Below are positions 25,550 to 39,199 of a stretch of DNA of 64,000 nt, in pieces; the stretch's first letter is position 1, and each line of letters begins with the position of its first letter. The position numbers and the translations under genes were made by a program. The DNA lies in assembly GCA_036172245.1 (NCBI GenBank), contig JAYWIR010000003.1, positions 7,006,001-7,070,000 on the forward strand, given 5' to 3'. This DNA comes from Raillietiella orientalis. Its lineage: Eukaryota. A model generated the notes under the pieces. The model did not search any database, was not told where the DNA came from, and worked only from the letters and a program-made list of their open reading frames with translations.

Positions 25550-25915
25550 CTGGGTTCCCTGCAGTGAAGAGATGAGTTCCTCCTTTCGAGGGTCCCCTCC
25601 GCAGAGGATAAGGGAGAGGTTCCCTTAGAGGTTCCTCCACCAAGCGTGATAGGAACGGACCCCTTCTTCTGGAATGTTGCTGGATTCATAGGTGGTCCTT
25701 CAGGGATTATCCTGTATAACTTGAGGAGTGACATGCATCCTCTAAAGTCGAGAACAGCGTTAAAGAGCTTTGTAAACCCCCCACTCCACCTTCATCCTCT
25801 AACAGGAAGGCGAGCGGTTTCTCGGTACTTGGAGAACCCCCAAAAAAGGGAAAAAAAGGAAAGAAGGAAAAAAAAGCTGGAAGAAAGGCAGCAATAAAAC
25901 AGAACCCCAAATGAT
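25550..25915 (-). repeat. Rep-H, 5' part
   Basis: Reverse complement has tttgggggttctc, cactcctcaagtt and accacctatgaatccag blocks. Confidence 0.75.
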
Positions 25916-25919
25916 TTCC

Positions 25920-26780
25920 GTCATCCTGGGCCATCCAATTCGTCAAAGTGGGAAGTGACTTGCTGCATAGCAGCAAAGAAGAAGCCATTGGGAGCGTGGA
26001 CAACTCGGGAAGTGACGGACGCTGCGACCTCGAGTGACCCACTCCACGAACTTCTACGCTGGAGAGAGCTGCTCGACATCCCTCCGGAGGAGGTACAGTG
26101 GCCTTTAGCGTGCTGAAGCAGTGGCGCGCTTCCCCTCCAGTGACAGGAGTTGGTCTTGCTAATGGTGCAGGGGGGAATGCCCCCGTGCAAAGCGTAACTC
26201 CACCACTGGACACGGGGGATTGAGGGTGAGTGCGGAAAGAAAGAGACCCTCCCACACCTGCTACTGTCCTCCGACCCCTTTAGGACCTCCTCGCGACGAT
26301 CCTGGGAATCCCAGCTGGCGGCCCCAGAGACATTCTCAGACACCTCTTCGCGCGTGGTGCCGCGCTGCCGCCACCGGTCGCGTCCCTTGCAGTCTCTGCT
26401 GTCTTCGCGGAGTCGCGGCGGCTTGGACGCGGGGATAAGAGGGCGCAAATACCAGGGACCCCATCTACCTGGAGTGGACATTTCTGAGGATCTCCTCGAG
26501 ATGGGCGATATACGGACAGAACTTGCCGGCAGCATCCTAAACAGGATGCAGAAGAAGCCTGGTAGCGTACTGTGATCCCTTCCTCGGTCCCACTTTCTTG
26601 TGTACAATTTTCCCTCCCCTGTTTTGTGTGCCTGTTTTTTTGTTTTGTGTTTATTTCCCCTTCCCTCAAGCGGCCGAAGCGGAAGTCGCCGGTATGCGTA
26701 CCGGTCTTCGGCAATTTCACTGCACGTGGTAGAAACAAAGGGTCCTACCACACCAATGTACTTGCTTTATGTAATAAATA
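25920..26780 (+). mobile_element. L1/Tx1-like LINE 3' end with UTR and AATAAA
   Basis: LLRWRELLDIPPEEVQWPLAC and LCCLRG..ILNRMQKKP match LLRWKELLQIPPEEVHGPLACW and LCCLRG..ILARMQRTP of the 19.3-21.2 kb element. Confidence 0.8.
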
Positions 26781-28364
26781 CCCGGAATAACCAGGTGATA
26801 GTCATCTTAGGCCAGTAGTTGGGACCTCCCTAGGATGAGGTGATTACTGACCTCTTTTAGAACGAAAAAAAAAAAAGATGCTACAAAGCGAGGAAGCTGG
26901 AGGCAAGGTTTCCTTCCATTTCTCGGAGCATCTTCTGGTTGTGGCTGAGCGAAAATTCTAGATGGAACCACTGGTTTGCCCGAAGAATCGTGCCTGGAGC
27001 CTAAGAACACCAGCCAATCAAGCCAATGCGAGGCAGCCTGCCCAGCAGCGTGTCTCTGTGGATTCATCATCCGTCCAAACGCCTCTGCATCATCATGCAT
27101 CCCTGACCTCCGAGGTGTCTTTGGTGCCAGATGACGCCATGCTGACGTTCTTCACGCCGTTCTTTCGCGGCGGTTCGGCGCAGGTGAGCGGGGCGTCTTC
27201 CACGCCGACTGCTCTTCCGCCCGCTCTGCTCCGGCGAGATGCGACGTGGTACGTCTTGACGTCTCCAGCTGCTAAGAGCATTCTTCCGTCAGCTCCCATG
27301 ATCCCCCGCGTTTCACGTGCAAAGCGATGCCAGACAGGAGCGGAGGTGCCATCAAGTGAAGGCACTCATAGGCGCCAAACATGACTCGAATTCTCGCTGA
27401 AATCTTGCCTGAAGACGCGTCCCAGGGTAATTACGGGAACGATCAGGGAAGCTCCCTGATGAGACGCCTCCAGGAACACGCTAGACGAAAAAAGGGGATT
27501 CCCTCCCTGCTGCCTCATTCCTGCCCGCTGCATGCACATCACGTTAACTGCCAAAGGCGCTGTCCGACAGCTGATTTGTTCGGCGGGGGGGAGGGGGATC
27601 CGGCAATTCCCTTCGTGTTTTGTCCGCTTCCAGGAGGCGCGCGACAAACAGAGGGTGCTGATCAGAGTTGGATTCTTCGCTCGGGTATTTCGTTCCAGAA
27701 GCTGGAGGAAGGGCGTTTCGGTCCTCGATCGGTGGAATCGCCCGTTTTCGAGTAAATGCGGCAGAGGGGATCGGGAAGACGACGTCGACCATTTGCTCCC
27801 TAGGAGAAACAGGGCATTCGAGCCAGGCGTATCCATCAGCTGCTGAAGTGGCCATCCCTCTGCTGAAATCAAACGCAGTCGCAGCCGGGAAAAAGCATTC
27901 AGATCGATCGCCGCGAGCATTTCCCGTGGCGAAAGCGGCGAGCTTTCAGGGTCTCGAAGGTGCCGCTAAAGCAGTCCTTCCGCCTTGGCAGCCTGCTCCC
28001 ACGACACCGCTGACGCTGTCGCCTTCAGACTCCTGCTCGCCTCCACCGCCCGTTTTGGAAGGCGAAACTGGAATGATTTACGTGGGTCTTCGCCAGCTGC
28101 TCCCAAGACGTTCATCTGGACGGGACGCGGCGTGGGACCTTGGAGCCGGCTGCTCCAAGGTCCCGTGATCCATCCTGTGATCTGGTGCTGAAGAAAGTTC
28201 TGCAGTTTCCGCTTCCTCCCCCGTGATTTTTACAGGCGAAACGCCAGATGCAACAGAGGACATTTTGGCCAGCAAGAACAAGAAACCGCACTTTAATCTC
28301 CTGAAAGGCAAAGATGCCACAGGGCTAGAGAGGGCAAAAAGCAGTGCTACGGGAGAATCCTGAA

Positions 28365-28830
28365 AACCCATCTGAGTTCTTCTGTTGTCTCTGCTTTTCA
28401 TCCAGCTTGTCCTTTTTTTTTTTTTTTGGCACTCAAAGTGCTGAAGAACCGCTCGTTTCCTTAGGGAAGAACTCATGAAGCTCTTCGAATTGTCCTGTGT
28501 GTGTCACGAAATTGTCTCATGCCCTGTGTGTTAACTCTTCAAGTTAGGGAATGACCCCGGAAGGATCACCATATGAATCCAGGAAGGGTCTCAGAGGAAA
28601 GAGTGCGTTCCTCTTACGCTTGGGAGGGAAACCATGGAGGAAATGCTTGCCTGCCTGGTTGTCTCCGAAGCGAACCGCGAAGAGAAACTCTTCCTCATTC
28701 TCTTCGGAGAGATTCCCAGAGGGGTCCACCCCTCTATTTCTTCTCCGAAGGCAACTTGCAAGGGAACCGCTCCCTGTTACTCCTCTTCTGAACAGAACCC
28801 CTAAGGGAAGCTTCCAAATGTCTCTTAAGG
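28365..28830 (+). repeat. Rep-H copy
   Basis: Collinear with 8505-8960 (gtgctgaagaac, aactcttcaagttaggg, gcaagggaaccgctcc). Confidence 0.85.
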
Positions 28831-29129
28831 GTTGGTAAAGTTTTGCTTCATCCCGGAAGAATCTGCCTCAGAAAAGTTCTGTGGTCTCAAGATCTCAAAC
28901 GTGCTGCTCATGGGCGCGAATTCCCAAGTGCTTTGCACGACTTCGACACGATCGGAATTCAGTGGAAGATTCCCCACTACCAAGGTACCTGCCCCTAAAG
29001 CAATCCCAGTCGTTTTCTTCGGCATTTCACGGCGTTGGCTGCAGGAAATTGGCTCCGGACGGACCGACGAGAAACGTCCATCGTCACCTCGGCGCCATGA
29101 AACCTCCAAATCCAAGTTATGAGATGAGC

Positions 29130-30050
29130 AGAAGTTCCATCCGAGTGTGCTCCATCTTGCTGCCATCCGCAGGAAGAGCAGAGCGAAGCCGATCGCGTCC
29201 CTATCGCGCCATCCTTCTCTCGCGTAGCTCCAGGACCCCACAATCTCAAGTAGGCAGCAAAGAGCTGCTAGGGCTGCCGCAGGCGGAAGGGCATCTCTCA
29301 CGAAGAGGCATTTCATCACATCCCTGGGATTGTCCATTGGTGCACCAAGGGCCGTTGCATAACCTCAACCACAGGGTCGGAGGGCAACACAGTCCACAAA
29401 CGGGTGCAAAATGGATTCCCGTTCACTGCAGCTGCAGCAATTGGGGTCCACAGCCCCCCGGGTCTAGTGAGACCGGAGGGCGTTTCACGAAAGACCCCAG
29501 TGCAACAGCAGAAGTTCCGACTCCTGCCATTTCAGAAGGGGATCCCGGTTGTTCTTCAGTGCTGGGGGCCACTCGAGGTCTTCCTGTGGGATTCTCAGCA
29601 GCTCACCCCAGCGCACTAGTCCTTTCGATGGGGCACTTGGGGTACCAGCGTCCGTGAACTAGTCCGTGGTCCAACCACCTAATTTCTCCGTCCGGAGACC
29701 TATTTCGCAACTGACCTCTCATTTGGCCAGCTAACTACTGCCCAGGTGCGCCCTGAGGGAAGACAGTGCCGCGGCTGGGGAAGTCCCTCCTTTCTGCCCA
29801 CGCACGCGTGGTGGACTGCACGATGACTTCCTGCAGCGAGCGGTTGTTATAGAAGGAGGATAGCAGTCTCTGCCGCATCTCCGGGCTCGCTTCTTTCCTT
29901 TGAGTCCATGTGCGAAAGGTTTCCTGCAGCCAGGCACTATCGTTCGCGGGCAGTGCAGACGGAGAAAGAGCTGGTGGTACGCGGTGCTTTACGTTCGCCT
30001 TCAGGTGCTCAAAACAATGGCCAATAGGAATGGCCAGCTGGAGGACCATC
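29130..30050 (-). mobile_element. L1/Tx1-like LINE ORF2 C-terminal fragment
   Basis: NPRDVMKCLFVRDALPPAAALAALCCLL..LFLRMAARW matches NPRDIWKLLFLRKALMPAASLAALCCLR..LFMRIASRW. Confidence 0.75.
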
Positions 30051-33000
30051 ATGACCTTATTTCACGTCGGTCAATCCTCTATCCTGCATGCCGAAAAAGT
30101 CTTTTTTTCCCCTCTCCCACATCGTCCGACTACCATCCTTGAAACTCGGTGCTTCTTTCTTGTCTTCTACCACCACCTTTCTTGCCTTCTATTGATCACT
30201 TATTTTGGGTTTTCTGAAACAATACTGCTTTGTCTATTCGAGTTTACAGATTCCATGGAAACTGCCTCTCTTTCCTGTTTCTTTTTTTTTGAAAAAAAAA
30301 AAAAATCCCTGCAGGCAAATATGATTTCGTTATTTTTTTTTTTATGGCTGATGGCTCGAGATGGACCGAGAAGCACGGCGACCGAAAAAGATGAACTCCA
30401 GCATTCCGGAAACCCACCCACCCGTCCTCCGAAGAGCAGATGAGCTACTGCGGCTGAAGACCCTCGCCTGCCGTAGGTCGAGCAGCCGAGGGAGGCGGCA
30501 GCAGCCTCAAGCTGCTCCCCGGAAGGACGGGGGGAATGACTGTGGTCCCTTTCGGAGGGGCACTCGCTTTCAGGCCCAGCGGTGGCAGGATGTCGGGAGA
30601 TCATTTCCACAAGCACTGCCCCGAGCATTTTTCAGGAGACTGCGAGAGACAGTTTCCGCTGGCACCCCATCCATTCTCAGACATCTGCCCAAGCGTGTCG
30701 GGGACTTCCCTGAATTTGTCACTTGGATTCCGCTACTCTCCTGGAGGTTCCGCTTCCGTTTTGGCTCTCCGGAATCCGGGAGTGCTTCCTGTCCCTTCCT
30801 TTGGTCTTTTTTCCCCTTCTCTCTCCGATTTTCAGCGAGGCGGCGAGGGCGGGTCGGTTTGAAAAACAAAAAAACGGACCGCGCTGCGTGGCGCATGCGC
30901 CCGGACGGCGCTGGGACGAACGTCTTCACCGTCCTCTCGTCGGACAGGCGTCCAGGAAAGAGGGGAAGGGGGGGGGGAGGACGCACGCAACGGATCTCGG
31001 ATCCAGGAGAAAAAAAAAAAAAATGCTTGGAAGGCACCGCACGTACGGACTCTATCGGTCCGATGCTGATGCTGCGTTCGGTCACGTCCGGTGTCTTCGC
31101 GGCCTCGGTTGCGTGCGCTCAGGCACTCCGGGGAAGGGAGGATAGTTGAAAGGGAACACGGGCGGGGCTTCCAGGTCGGCGGTGGATTTCAAGACGGGAT
31201 CAATCCGGCGGAGAAGCGGCACCTCCCTGCCCACGGCGAGGAAGCGACGGACTCTGCTCTTCTCCTGCCGGGGAGGGAGCGCTTCCAGAAGGACGGCTGC
31301 AGCGTGAATTCCTTCTCGAATGCAAGCTGCGAGAAGTTCTCCCCCCCTCTTCCCCCTTCACATTCCCTTCGCTACCTTTAGGACCCGTTCCGGACTTCAG
31401 GTGGAGCCCGAAGATTGAAGTCGCGTGAGCGCGGAGCAGCCTCCGCTATTCATCCTTGCGATTTCTCTCTCATCTAGCGCGCATTCATGGTTACGGCTTC
31501 CCGATCAGGTTTCGGCGGCAGGCCGGGAGCATTCAATTAAATCGCTGCAGATGAAACTGCGATTACCCGGCCGCTGTACCTCTCTCAGAGCAAACATCAT
31601 CCATTATTTCGCGACCTGCGCTCTGCATCCAGGCTCCGCCGTGGACCGCGGCGGGCTCTGCGGACCATCTGCATGCCAGAGGAAGATCGCATCTCCTCGT
31701 CCTTGCCTGATTGGCTGCTTCCCCGAGGTACGAACTCATCCCTCTCTCGCCACACGCGCGCTACCATCCCGATCGCAGCTGCGGAACCGATGGACCCCTT
31801 TGCTCTCCGGTTGCCTGGGAAACTCACCCTGCGCCACCGCCGTTCCTCAGGATCGGGGATTTTTCTTTCCCCGGCAGACCCGACAGCGGCCATGCCCTCT
31901 CCGATCATTCTACGGCGGAGGGAGAAGTTGGGGGAGGCGTCCGTGCAGGTTGCACCCCGATAATGCGCACGCCCTCGATCCTGGACTGGCAGTCGCGGAA
32001 GGAAGGAGAGAGCTTCAGGGAAGCCGAAGGCGGTAAGGATAGGCGTGCGACCTGGAGACGAGCCGAGGCATCTCGGCGAGCGACCTACCGCGGAGGTTTC
32101 TTTCAGGGGGCGGCACTCACACTCGCAGCGAACGGGATCACGCGAGCCCCAGTGGAAAAGAATCGGCACTGAGACGCAGGAGTTTCCGTCCCGGAAGCCA
32201 CGCACTTCTCATCTTTTCGGGTTGGCTGACTTCTGGACCACCTTTCCACCGCCACCGGCGTGTATGCACTCAGGGATCCGAAAATGCCGCAGTGTTTCGG
32301 TTTCCAGGAGGCGTCAGGACGCAGCTGCTGGATCTGGGGATTCCGGATAAACGGACGTCCCTCCGCGACGCCCCGCATTCCGGATTCTCGTCATGTCCGT
32401 CCCCGCCGTTTCCGCTAACGACTTGCGTCTCCCTGCAGCTGCGGACGATGGAGCATCCTGGTTGATGTGGCTCCTGCTTTGGAAATCCGGGATGGGAGGG
32501 ATGACCGGGGAGCAACGGAGGGGCTCCTCCGCGCGTGCCGCCTGCCGATTCCCTCTTCGACTCCGCCTCGCCCCCAGAAGGCAGCTCCAAAGACGGAAAC
32601 GGTCCGCGGAACCAGGGATTTATCCCTCTCCCCCTCGAAGGGGAGTGCACTTGGAACGTCTGACCGGGACTCTTCCCCGGCGAAGTTTTGGGATTCGAGG
32701 TCGAAGACCGTAAAGTGCAAGGGTTCGAGAGACGATAGGAATTCCAGCTCTTTTCTGTCGGCCCTCACCTTGCCAGAAGGGACGCATGGAAGAGGAGACG
32801 CCAGCGGCGGGCTGCCGTCCCGTTCCTGGCGACGGGCCGGGATGAGTGCGTAGCGTGCCGAGGAAACTGCTGCTCGATCGCTTCCGCGCGGAGTCAAGGG
32901 AGGCGATGGAGGCGTCAAGGTCACCGGGGAAGCAGTCACTCTAAACAGTGACCTTGCCTCCAATGAGTTTCCTGCGCTTGCATCCGGTCTCGGGGGCCGG

Positions 33001-34809
33001 GCAGCCGTTCCCGCTCGCCATCCCGAGCCGGGACGTCTCTCGATTCCCGTCAGCGCGCATGCGCGAGGAGGAGCGCTGGGAGATTTCGGGTTGGGAGCCC
33101 CGGCCGAAGGGCTGCTTCCCCCTCTCTTCCCTTCTTCCGGAACTTCCGTGTGGAGCGGGGATGCGTTCATCCCGGCAGCGCTCTCCAGGGAGGGGACTCC
33201 CGCGATCCATAATTCGTCCGCAGGGTTCCCGCTCGTGTGCGGCAGAGGCGCTGCGTTCCGTCTCCCCGTCGGGCACTCGGGTCCAATCAGAGGGAGAGGT
33301 TGCCTGGGCGCTCCCATCCGTCGCGCTGCTTCCTCCCCCCGCACAGGATGTGGGTCTCTGAAGGACCGTGCCTGTCGTCCGCTCATCCCGAAAATCTTGG
33401 CCGTTCCCCGAACATTCAATTGCGGGGAGCTGCAGGGAATCGCCCGCGCTCTTCCCTGCCCCGCTTCCGGACCGGTTCAGGCGTCGAGGCGATCGATGGC
33501 GCCATATCTCCTGGAAGAGCCAGGTCGCCCCCGGAGGGGGTAGAGCGGGAAGAAAGAGATCTGGGATCGACCGGAGGTCTGGGGATGCCGCCTGCTCTTC
33601 GGGCCTTCCTCACGCCCTGTCAGAGCTCCACCTTCGTAGGCGCTCGGTCTCCAAGGTGATGTCCCCTGCCTCGCAGCCTCCACGAAGTCTGCCGGCCTGC
33701 TCTGCGTCCTCCGCAACCAGCACCGCATCATCCAGCTTCGGGCAAGCCCTGCGGCGACAGCGGAGCAGTGGGGAGGGTGTTCCCTCTTCCCACTTTCACC
33801 CTCAGCCTCAGCATTCTTCTTTTCCGATCTCCATCCCCCACGACCTCCACTCCGCTCGCGTTTGGGAGCTCCGGGTCGTAGCTTCCTCATCTCCCGTGCG
33901 CGCGCTCCCTGCCGGCGCCCATGCCATCCTTCCTCAGGGAGCGTCCTGTTCCCCAGCTTCAGCCAGGTCGAGCTGATTCCCCGCGCTCGCGGCGCCTGCG
34001 CGGAGGAAGCCTTCTGGAGGTTCTCTTGCCCCGAGGAGGCAGGTGGCCGCTCGCTTCACCCTTCTCCCCTCCCTGCGGTCCCACAACCTCCAAACCCTGT
34101 CGCGCCGTCGAGCGGCTGATCCTTCACGAGGCGATGCCGCCGCAGCTCCCTACAGGGAAGAGGGGGGGGGGAATTCCCTCCTCTCCCTCCTCCCTGCGGA
34201 GTCACGGGGAGGGAATAAGGGTGAAGGCGGATGCGTGTAACCTGGCAACCGATCCGCTGTTCTGTCCAGTTGCGGGAGCTTTGGAAAGGCAGGCGGGTGG
34301 ACGAGCACATGCGTTCCTCGCTCTCATGACTCCGGGAACCCCGGATCCGGGACACGCGGGAGCCGCTGGAGACGGGAAGAGTCCTTTCTCCCTTCTCCTC
34401 CTCCTCCTTTCGCTTCCTGGGGGCAAGGTGGGAAGCGAGCGAGGTGGGCGGCAGGTGAGGAAGAGGAGGGAGGGCGCCTGCATGGCGGCGATGAGAGGGC
34501 TCCAGAAGGGGAAGCATCTGGTTCCATCCTTGCCGAAGGCGGGGAGAGGGATGGGAGGCGACCGCGGGGCGAGTGTCCCGACCACTGCCGCGGGGAGCAG
34601 CGGGAAGACGCCGAGGGAGGCAGCGAACGGTTTCTCTCCTTCCTAGAATCCAAGGGGGGAGGGAGAACCCTCCCGAGGCGAAACGACCTTCTCCGCCTTC
34701 CGATCCCGCGAAGTTTTTGGGGCAAAGAATAGAGCGAGGAAGCGGAAGAGAGTTTTTGCGGGAACGAGTTGCGAACCTGGATCCCGCCCCGCCAGGAGCT
34801 CACGTGCTG

Positions 34810-34985
34810 AGGGGGAGAGTGGAGAAGAAAAGGGAGGGGAGAAAACCGAAGGGGCCGAAAAGAGAGGGATAGGAAGAGGAGAGGAGGGAAGGGAAAAACG
34901 AAAGGAATGAAGGGAGAGAAGCAAGGGGAATAAAAAAAGGGAACGAACCCTTTCAACGACGGAAGGCAGGATGAAAAAACAGGAT
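34810..34985. repeat. Purine-rich (GA) low-complexity tract
   Basis: Almost entirely G/A on the plus strand. Confidence 0.7.
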
Positions 34986-37900
34986 TTCCTTCTCCCCTTC
35001 TCTCCCGGCCCCGAGATAAAGAAGCTGCGCGAGCATCTTTGGAATCATCCAGGTGGAAGAGAAGGAACCCCCATCCTACCGATCGGGATCTCCATCAGGG
35101 GATGCGGAAAGGAACGGGAACGAAATGTGGGAACATCCAGAAGCCCGGTGCGTCTGCAAGGAGAATCAGGAAGCTCCTGGACCGGCAGCTCATCACGCGA
35201 ACGAGGACTCCGGGAGGAGGGAAACGCTCGCGTCCAGCGCCTGAGAAGGGCGGACCGCAGACTCGATGCAGCCGCTGCGCCCTGCGGGACACGGAGGGCT
35301 CGCTATCCCCTCCCAGTCCAGGCGAGCGAGCGATCGGCCGCCAAGCCCGAAGGGAGGCCTTCCATGCCCGCGCAGGCGCGGGCGGGATCGTCGCTGTCTC
35401 CCTGATCTCGTCGCGCGGGGCGAGCAGGAGCTGTCAGCTGCTCAGGTGCGGAGAGAGGGAAGGAGGCCCGAGGGCGCGGGGGCCGGGGGGAGGTCTTTAA
35501 AGAGGAGGAGCAGGTGGGCGCAGGCATCAGAGGACGCGGAATGAGTCGGCACGCCCTCAGATGCAAGCCGGAGATCCCTCACGAGGAAGAGACTCAGCTT
35601 GTGCTCGTGTCCAGGGTGACCACCCTCCGCCCACCGGTCCTCTCGGCCAAGGGGTTGAGGACGCTGCTCGGCATGGTGCCTCGTCTTCTGCCCAGCCTCC
35701 GGGGCGCGTGGGCGCCGCAGCCGCCCGAGAAGCTTTCCGCTTTCCACGGAGGAGGAAAGAGGAAGTGACCGGGAAGAAAGGGTTGTAGGGGGCCTGATAG
35801 GGGATTTCCCTTGGCCGGTGCTGCCAGGCGGATGTTTCCACGCTTCCGGGCGCTGTGAGATAAGCGAATGTTCCTCCCATTGGGAAGCAACCGTTGCCAG
35901 GAGGCCTTCGCGAGCGCCTGCTGGCCGATCGTTTCCGAATTCGTTGATCCTTGTTCCGAATTGGCGCCGAATTCAATTGATTGCGTAGCGATTTTCAAAC
36001 ACTGCTTCTATTGGTGCCATTGTTATTCTTCGGTTCATCATCGATTCATCGTTGATAATGAGCGGAGTTCTGGAGCCTTCGACCCTCGCGTTTCCCTCCT
36101 AGTTCACACTGAAATGTATTCCAAATGTGCATCGTTGTACTGTACGCTTTCACGGTACGCTCTTTCTACAGGCAGCAGACTCTGCACGCGCGCTTTCAGC
36201 GCTTTCGTCGGCAGAGCAGGACGCGTGCACATTGCTTTCCTGAGCTGTGCATCATGAGCCAGCATCCTCCTCCTGGATCGTTTGCTGCACGCGAACGCGA
36301 CAGGCGGTCGCCGCCACCGGGACGACCCGCTGCGCCAGTCTGCCGGCACGGCCAGTGACGACGGTCCGGACCAGGAGGCTGCAAGATTCTTGGAGCTGCT
36401 CGGCGGACTCCACGGAGCCAGGCACGTGAGCTCCGAGTGAGCGCTCCTCCTCGCGCTCCTCCTGAACGCGCGCAAGAGGAGGTCGCTTGTGCCAGGAGCG
36501 ATCTTTTCCCATCCGGGCGCCGGAGGGGAAAGTCCCCGAACGCCCGGACGGGGGGTCCGCGAAAGGCTTAGGCGCGGAATTCCGAATTCCCCCCATGAGG
36601 GCGCAGCAGCTCAGGCTGATGGGAACTGCCTCGGACCGAAAGCGGCGATCCCGAGTCATCTGCCCGTCCCAGGGGCTGCGAGTGGATGCGGCCCGCGTGG
36701 ACGCGAGTGCAACACTCAGATGGCGCCTCCGTCGGCGGAACGATGGTGGCTCCCCGTTCGAGAAAAGACCGGAAGTGGAGGGAAAGATTTCCGCAAGACG
36801 TGGTCGGAGCATCCAGCCGTTTCTCCTGGACACGAACGAACAGGCGGAAGTGGCCTGCGTCCCGCTAGCCACGACCACTGATGTCCACGGCGACACGGTG
36901 GCTGAGGGACTCCTCGTGCTACCGGAATTGCCAGCTCCAGGTGCCGGCGTGCTCGAGGACGGAGGAACTTCCAGTGAACTGACGGGAAGCCGCGGGAGCG
37001 TGGATGCTGCAGCTACCGCCCCGGGTTCCGGGAGCAAAGTGCCCCGTTGGACGAGCACATCCCTTGCCCACCCCGCAAGAGGAGAAACGTCCGCGTCCCC
37101 CGTGCGAGCGGGAGACGGATGTTCTCCTGGATGGAAGCAGGCGATGCGGAGCCGTGGAGAAGGGTCTGCAGCCGGAAAACCACGTCCCGCCTAACGGCCA
37201 CCTGAAATCACCACCGACGGAAGAGCAGGAGCGACTTGGGAAGAACGGATGCGGTTCGACGAGGGAGGGAGTGGGCAGGGGATTTGCTTGACCGCGCCGG
37301 AAGGACAGCTCGACGGAGAGTAAGAACCCTCCATCCCGGTGCCCTGCGCGTTCGCAGGGAGCAGCGGACTTGAATGCGTCCTGGGACCTCTCCTCCACCC
37401 CAAATCGTGCGGACGGATGCTGCGTCGTTCACCCTCCTTCGAGCAAACTCACTCGAATAGGCCGCGGCGCATCCTTCTCCCTTGAGGATTCTCCGCCGCC
37501 GGGCACACAGCCGGCGCGTGGGAAGGGTGGGTGCGGATTCAAGCAGAGGCGGGGTAGGCGGCAGGAGCTACCGGAGGGAGGAAGCGATTGAAGCCGAGGA
37601 ACGGGCCGTCCCGGGACTCGGAAGGCCTTCGGCGCGATGCGCGACTGCTTCCCAGGAAGAGACAAGCAGGTTCCGGAGTCCCTGCTCCAGAGAAAGCTCC
37701 CGGCCCCACACCGACGGGCTCTGAGCATCCCCGTCCCAGGCGTCCGAGACTTCGGGCTGCTGGTGAAGGCGAACGCCTCCCGCGCGCGCCGAAACACCGG
37801 AGGCGTCCGTCCTGAGGTCGGAACTTCCTGGGCGCGCAGGACGATCGGGCAGTCTTCCCGCAGGTGACTGAGAGATGGCGCCGCCAGCCCGGCAACGGCT

Positions 37901-39140
37901 TGTTTTTTTTTTCTCCTCCTCCTCGCCCGTACGCGCCACCCCGGGCACTCGAGGGATGTCATCCTTGCTTTGCGCTTGAGAAGGCTCCCAAGAGACCCCG
38001 ATGGTCAGCATCGTCCGCTCCCGTGGAAGGAGGGGGTGAGCATGCTGCGCTCCCTGGCAGGCACCCTGAGGGGAGGCTCCCCATTCCCTTCTCGCAGGGG
38101 GAAAGAAAGAAAACCAAAAAAGGAAGGGAGGAAAGGAAATCATTCGAAGCTTCCTTGTTCCTTTTCCGTCCCCCCGTCACCTCTCCCCTCTGACCCCTAA
38201 TCCGTTTTCCCGAGTTCATTCGCAGAGTCAGCTGCTTTTTCTGTACCGAGGAGCCGGACTTGAGCTCTTGCAGACCCCACGCTGAGGGAAACACCTGCGG
38301 GAGTAAACGAATTACGATGAGGAGAAGGAGAGGCACGCCGATCGATACTCCCAACTGATGTCGGTCCGAAATCTACTCCCCTTCCCCTAGCGTCACCCAC
38401 CCGGTTCCGGCTGCTTGGACAAAGCGGCGCGGCGCAGACAGAGGGGCGCACCGCCACGAGCGCTGTCCGCGAAAGGAGCGAGTCGCCTCGGGGCAGGGTG
38501 GACGCACCACCAGCTGCCTTCCTCCTGCTCAGGGCATGCGCACGTGGTCCCTCCCCACTCCACCTCACTCCCATGCGGCGAACCCCGGAAGGTTCAAAAT
38601 TTTTGCCAGAAGGGGCTGCCGGGTAGGTCATTCTCTCCAAGCGCCCTTCTGTGATCCGAGAGACTCTCCCTCTAGTTTCACCCCGAGCCCTCATATGGCG
38701 TCCCCGTGACGAGGCCGCTCACCTTCGAGCCTCTCTTCCCGGTCATGCTGCACAAGGTCGCGGGCACGGGACGCGTTGCGAGAAAGGGAGAGAGGAACTC
38801 TAAACCCACACGACGCACCCTCCGTTCTCGACATCGACGCTTCCCCGGGGCGGGATCCGAACTCGCGACGTCCGGTGCCGCGCGCGGGGACAGCAGCCAC
38901 GCGGCCTCCAATGCAGTCAAGGGGAAGAAGGGAAAGGAGGGTGGCGGTGGAGGGGTCACTGGGTTTAAAGTCTGACGTCTGACGTCCTGCAAAGGATCGT
39001 CTCCAGATTTTCTCAATCTCTCATCTCCAGGCGTTTCCACCTAAGAGCTGCGCGAAGCAGCCCTCTGGAGAACTTCTTCACGGTCTGTTCGGCATTGCAG
39101 AGTGTACTTGACCACCACGGTTGCAGCAACGGAGCGGAAG

Positions 39141-39156
39141 GTTAGGTTAGGTTAGG
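39141..39156 (+). repeat. (TTAGG)3 interstitial telomere-like tract
   Basis: gttaggttaggttagg. Confidence 0.8.
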
Positions 39157-39199
39157 TCCGGAAACTGCGAACGCCACTTTCCTAATCCGTCTTTCCGGA

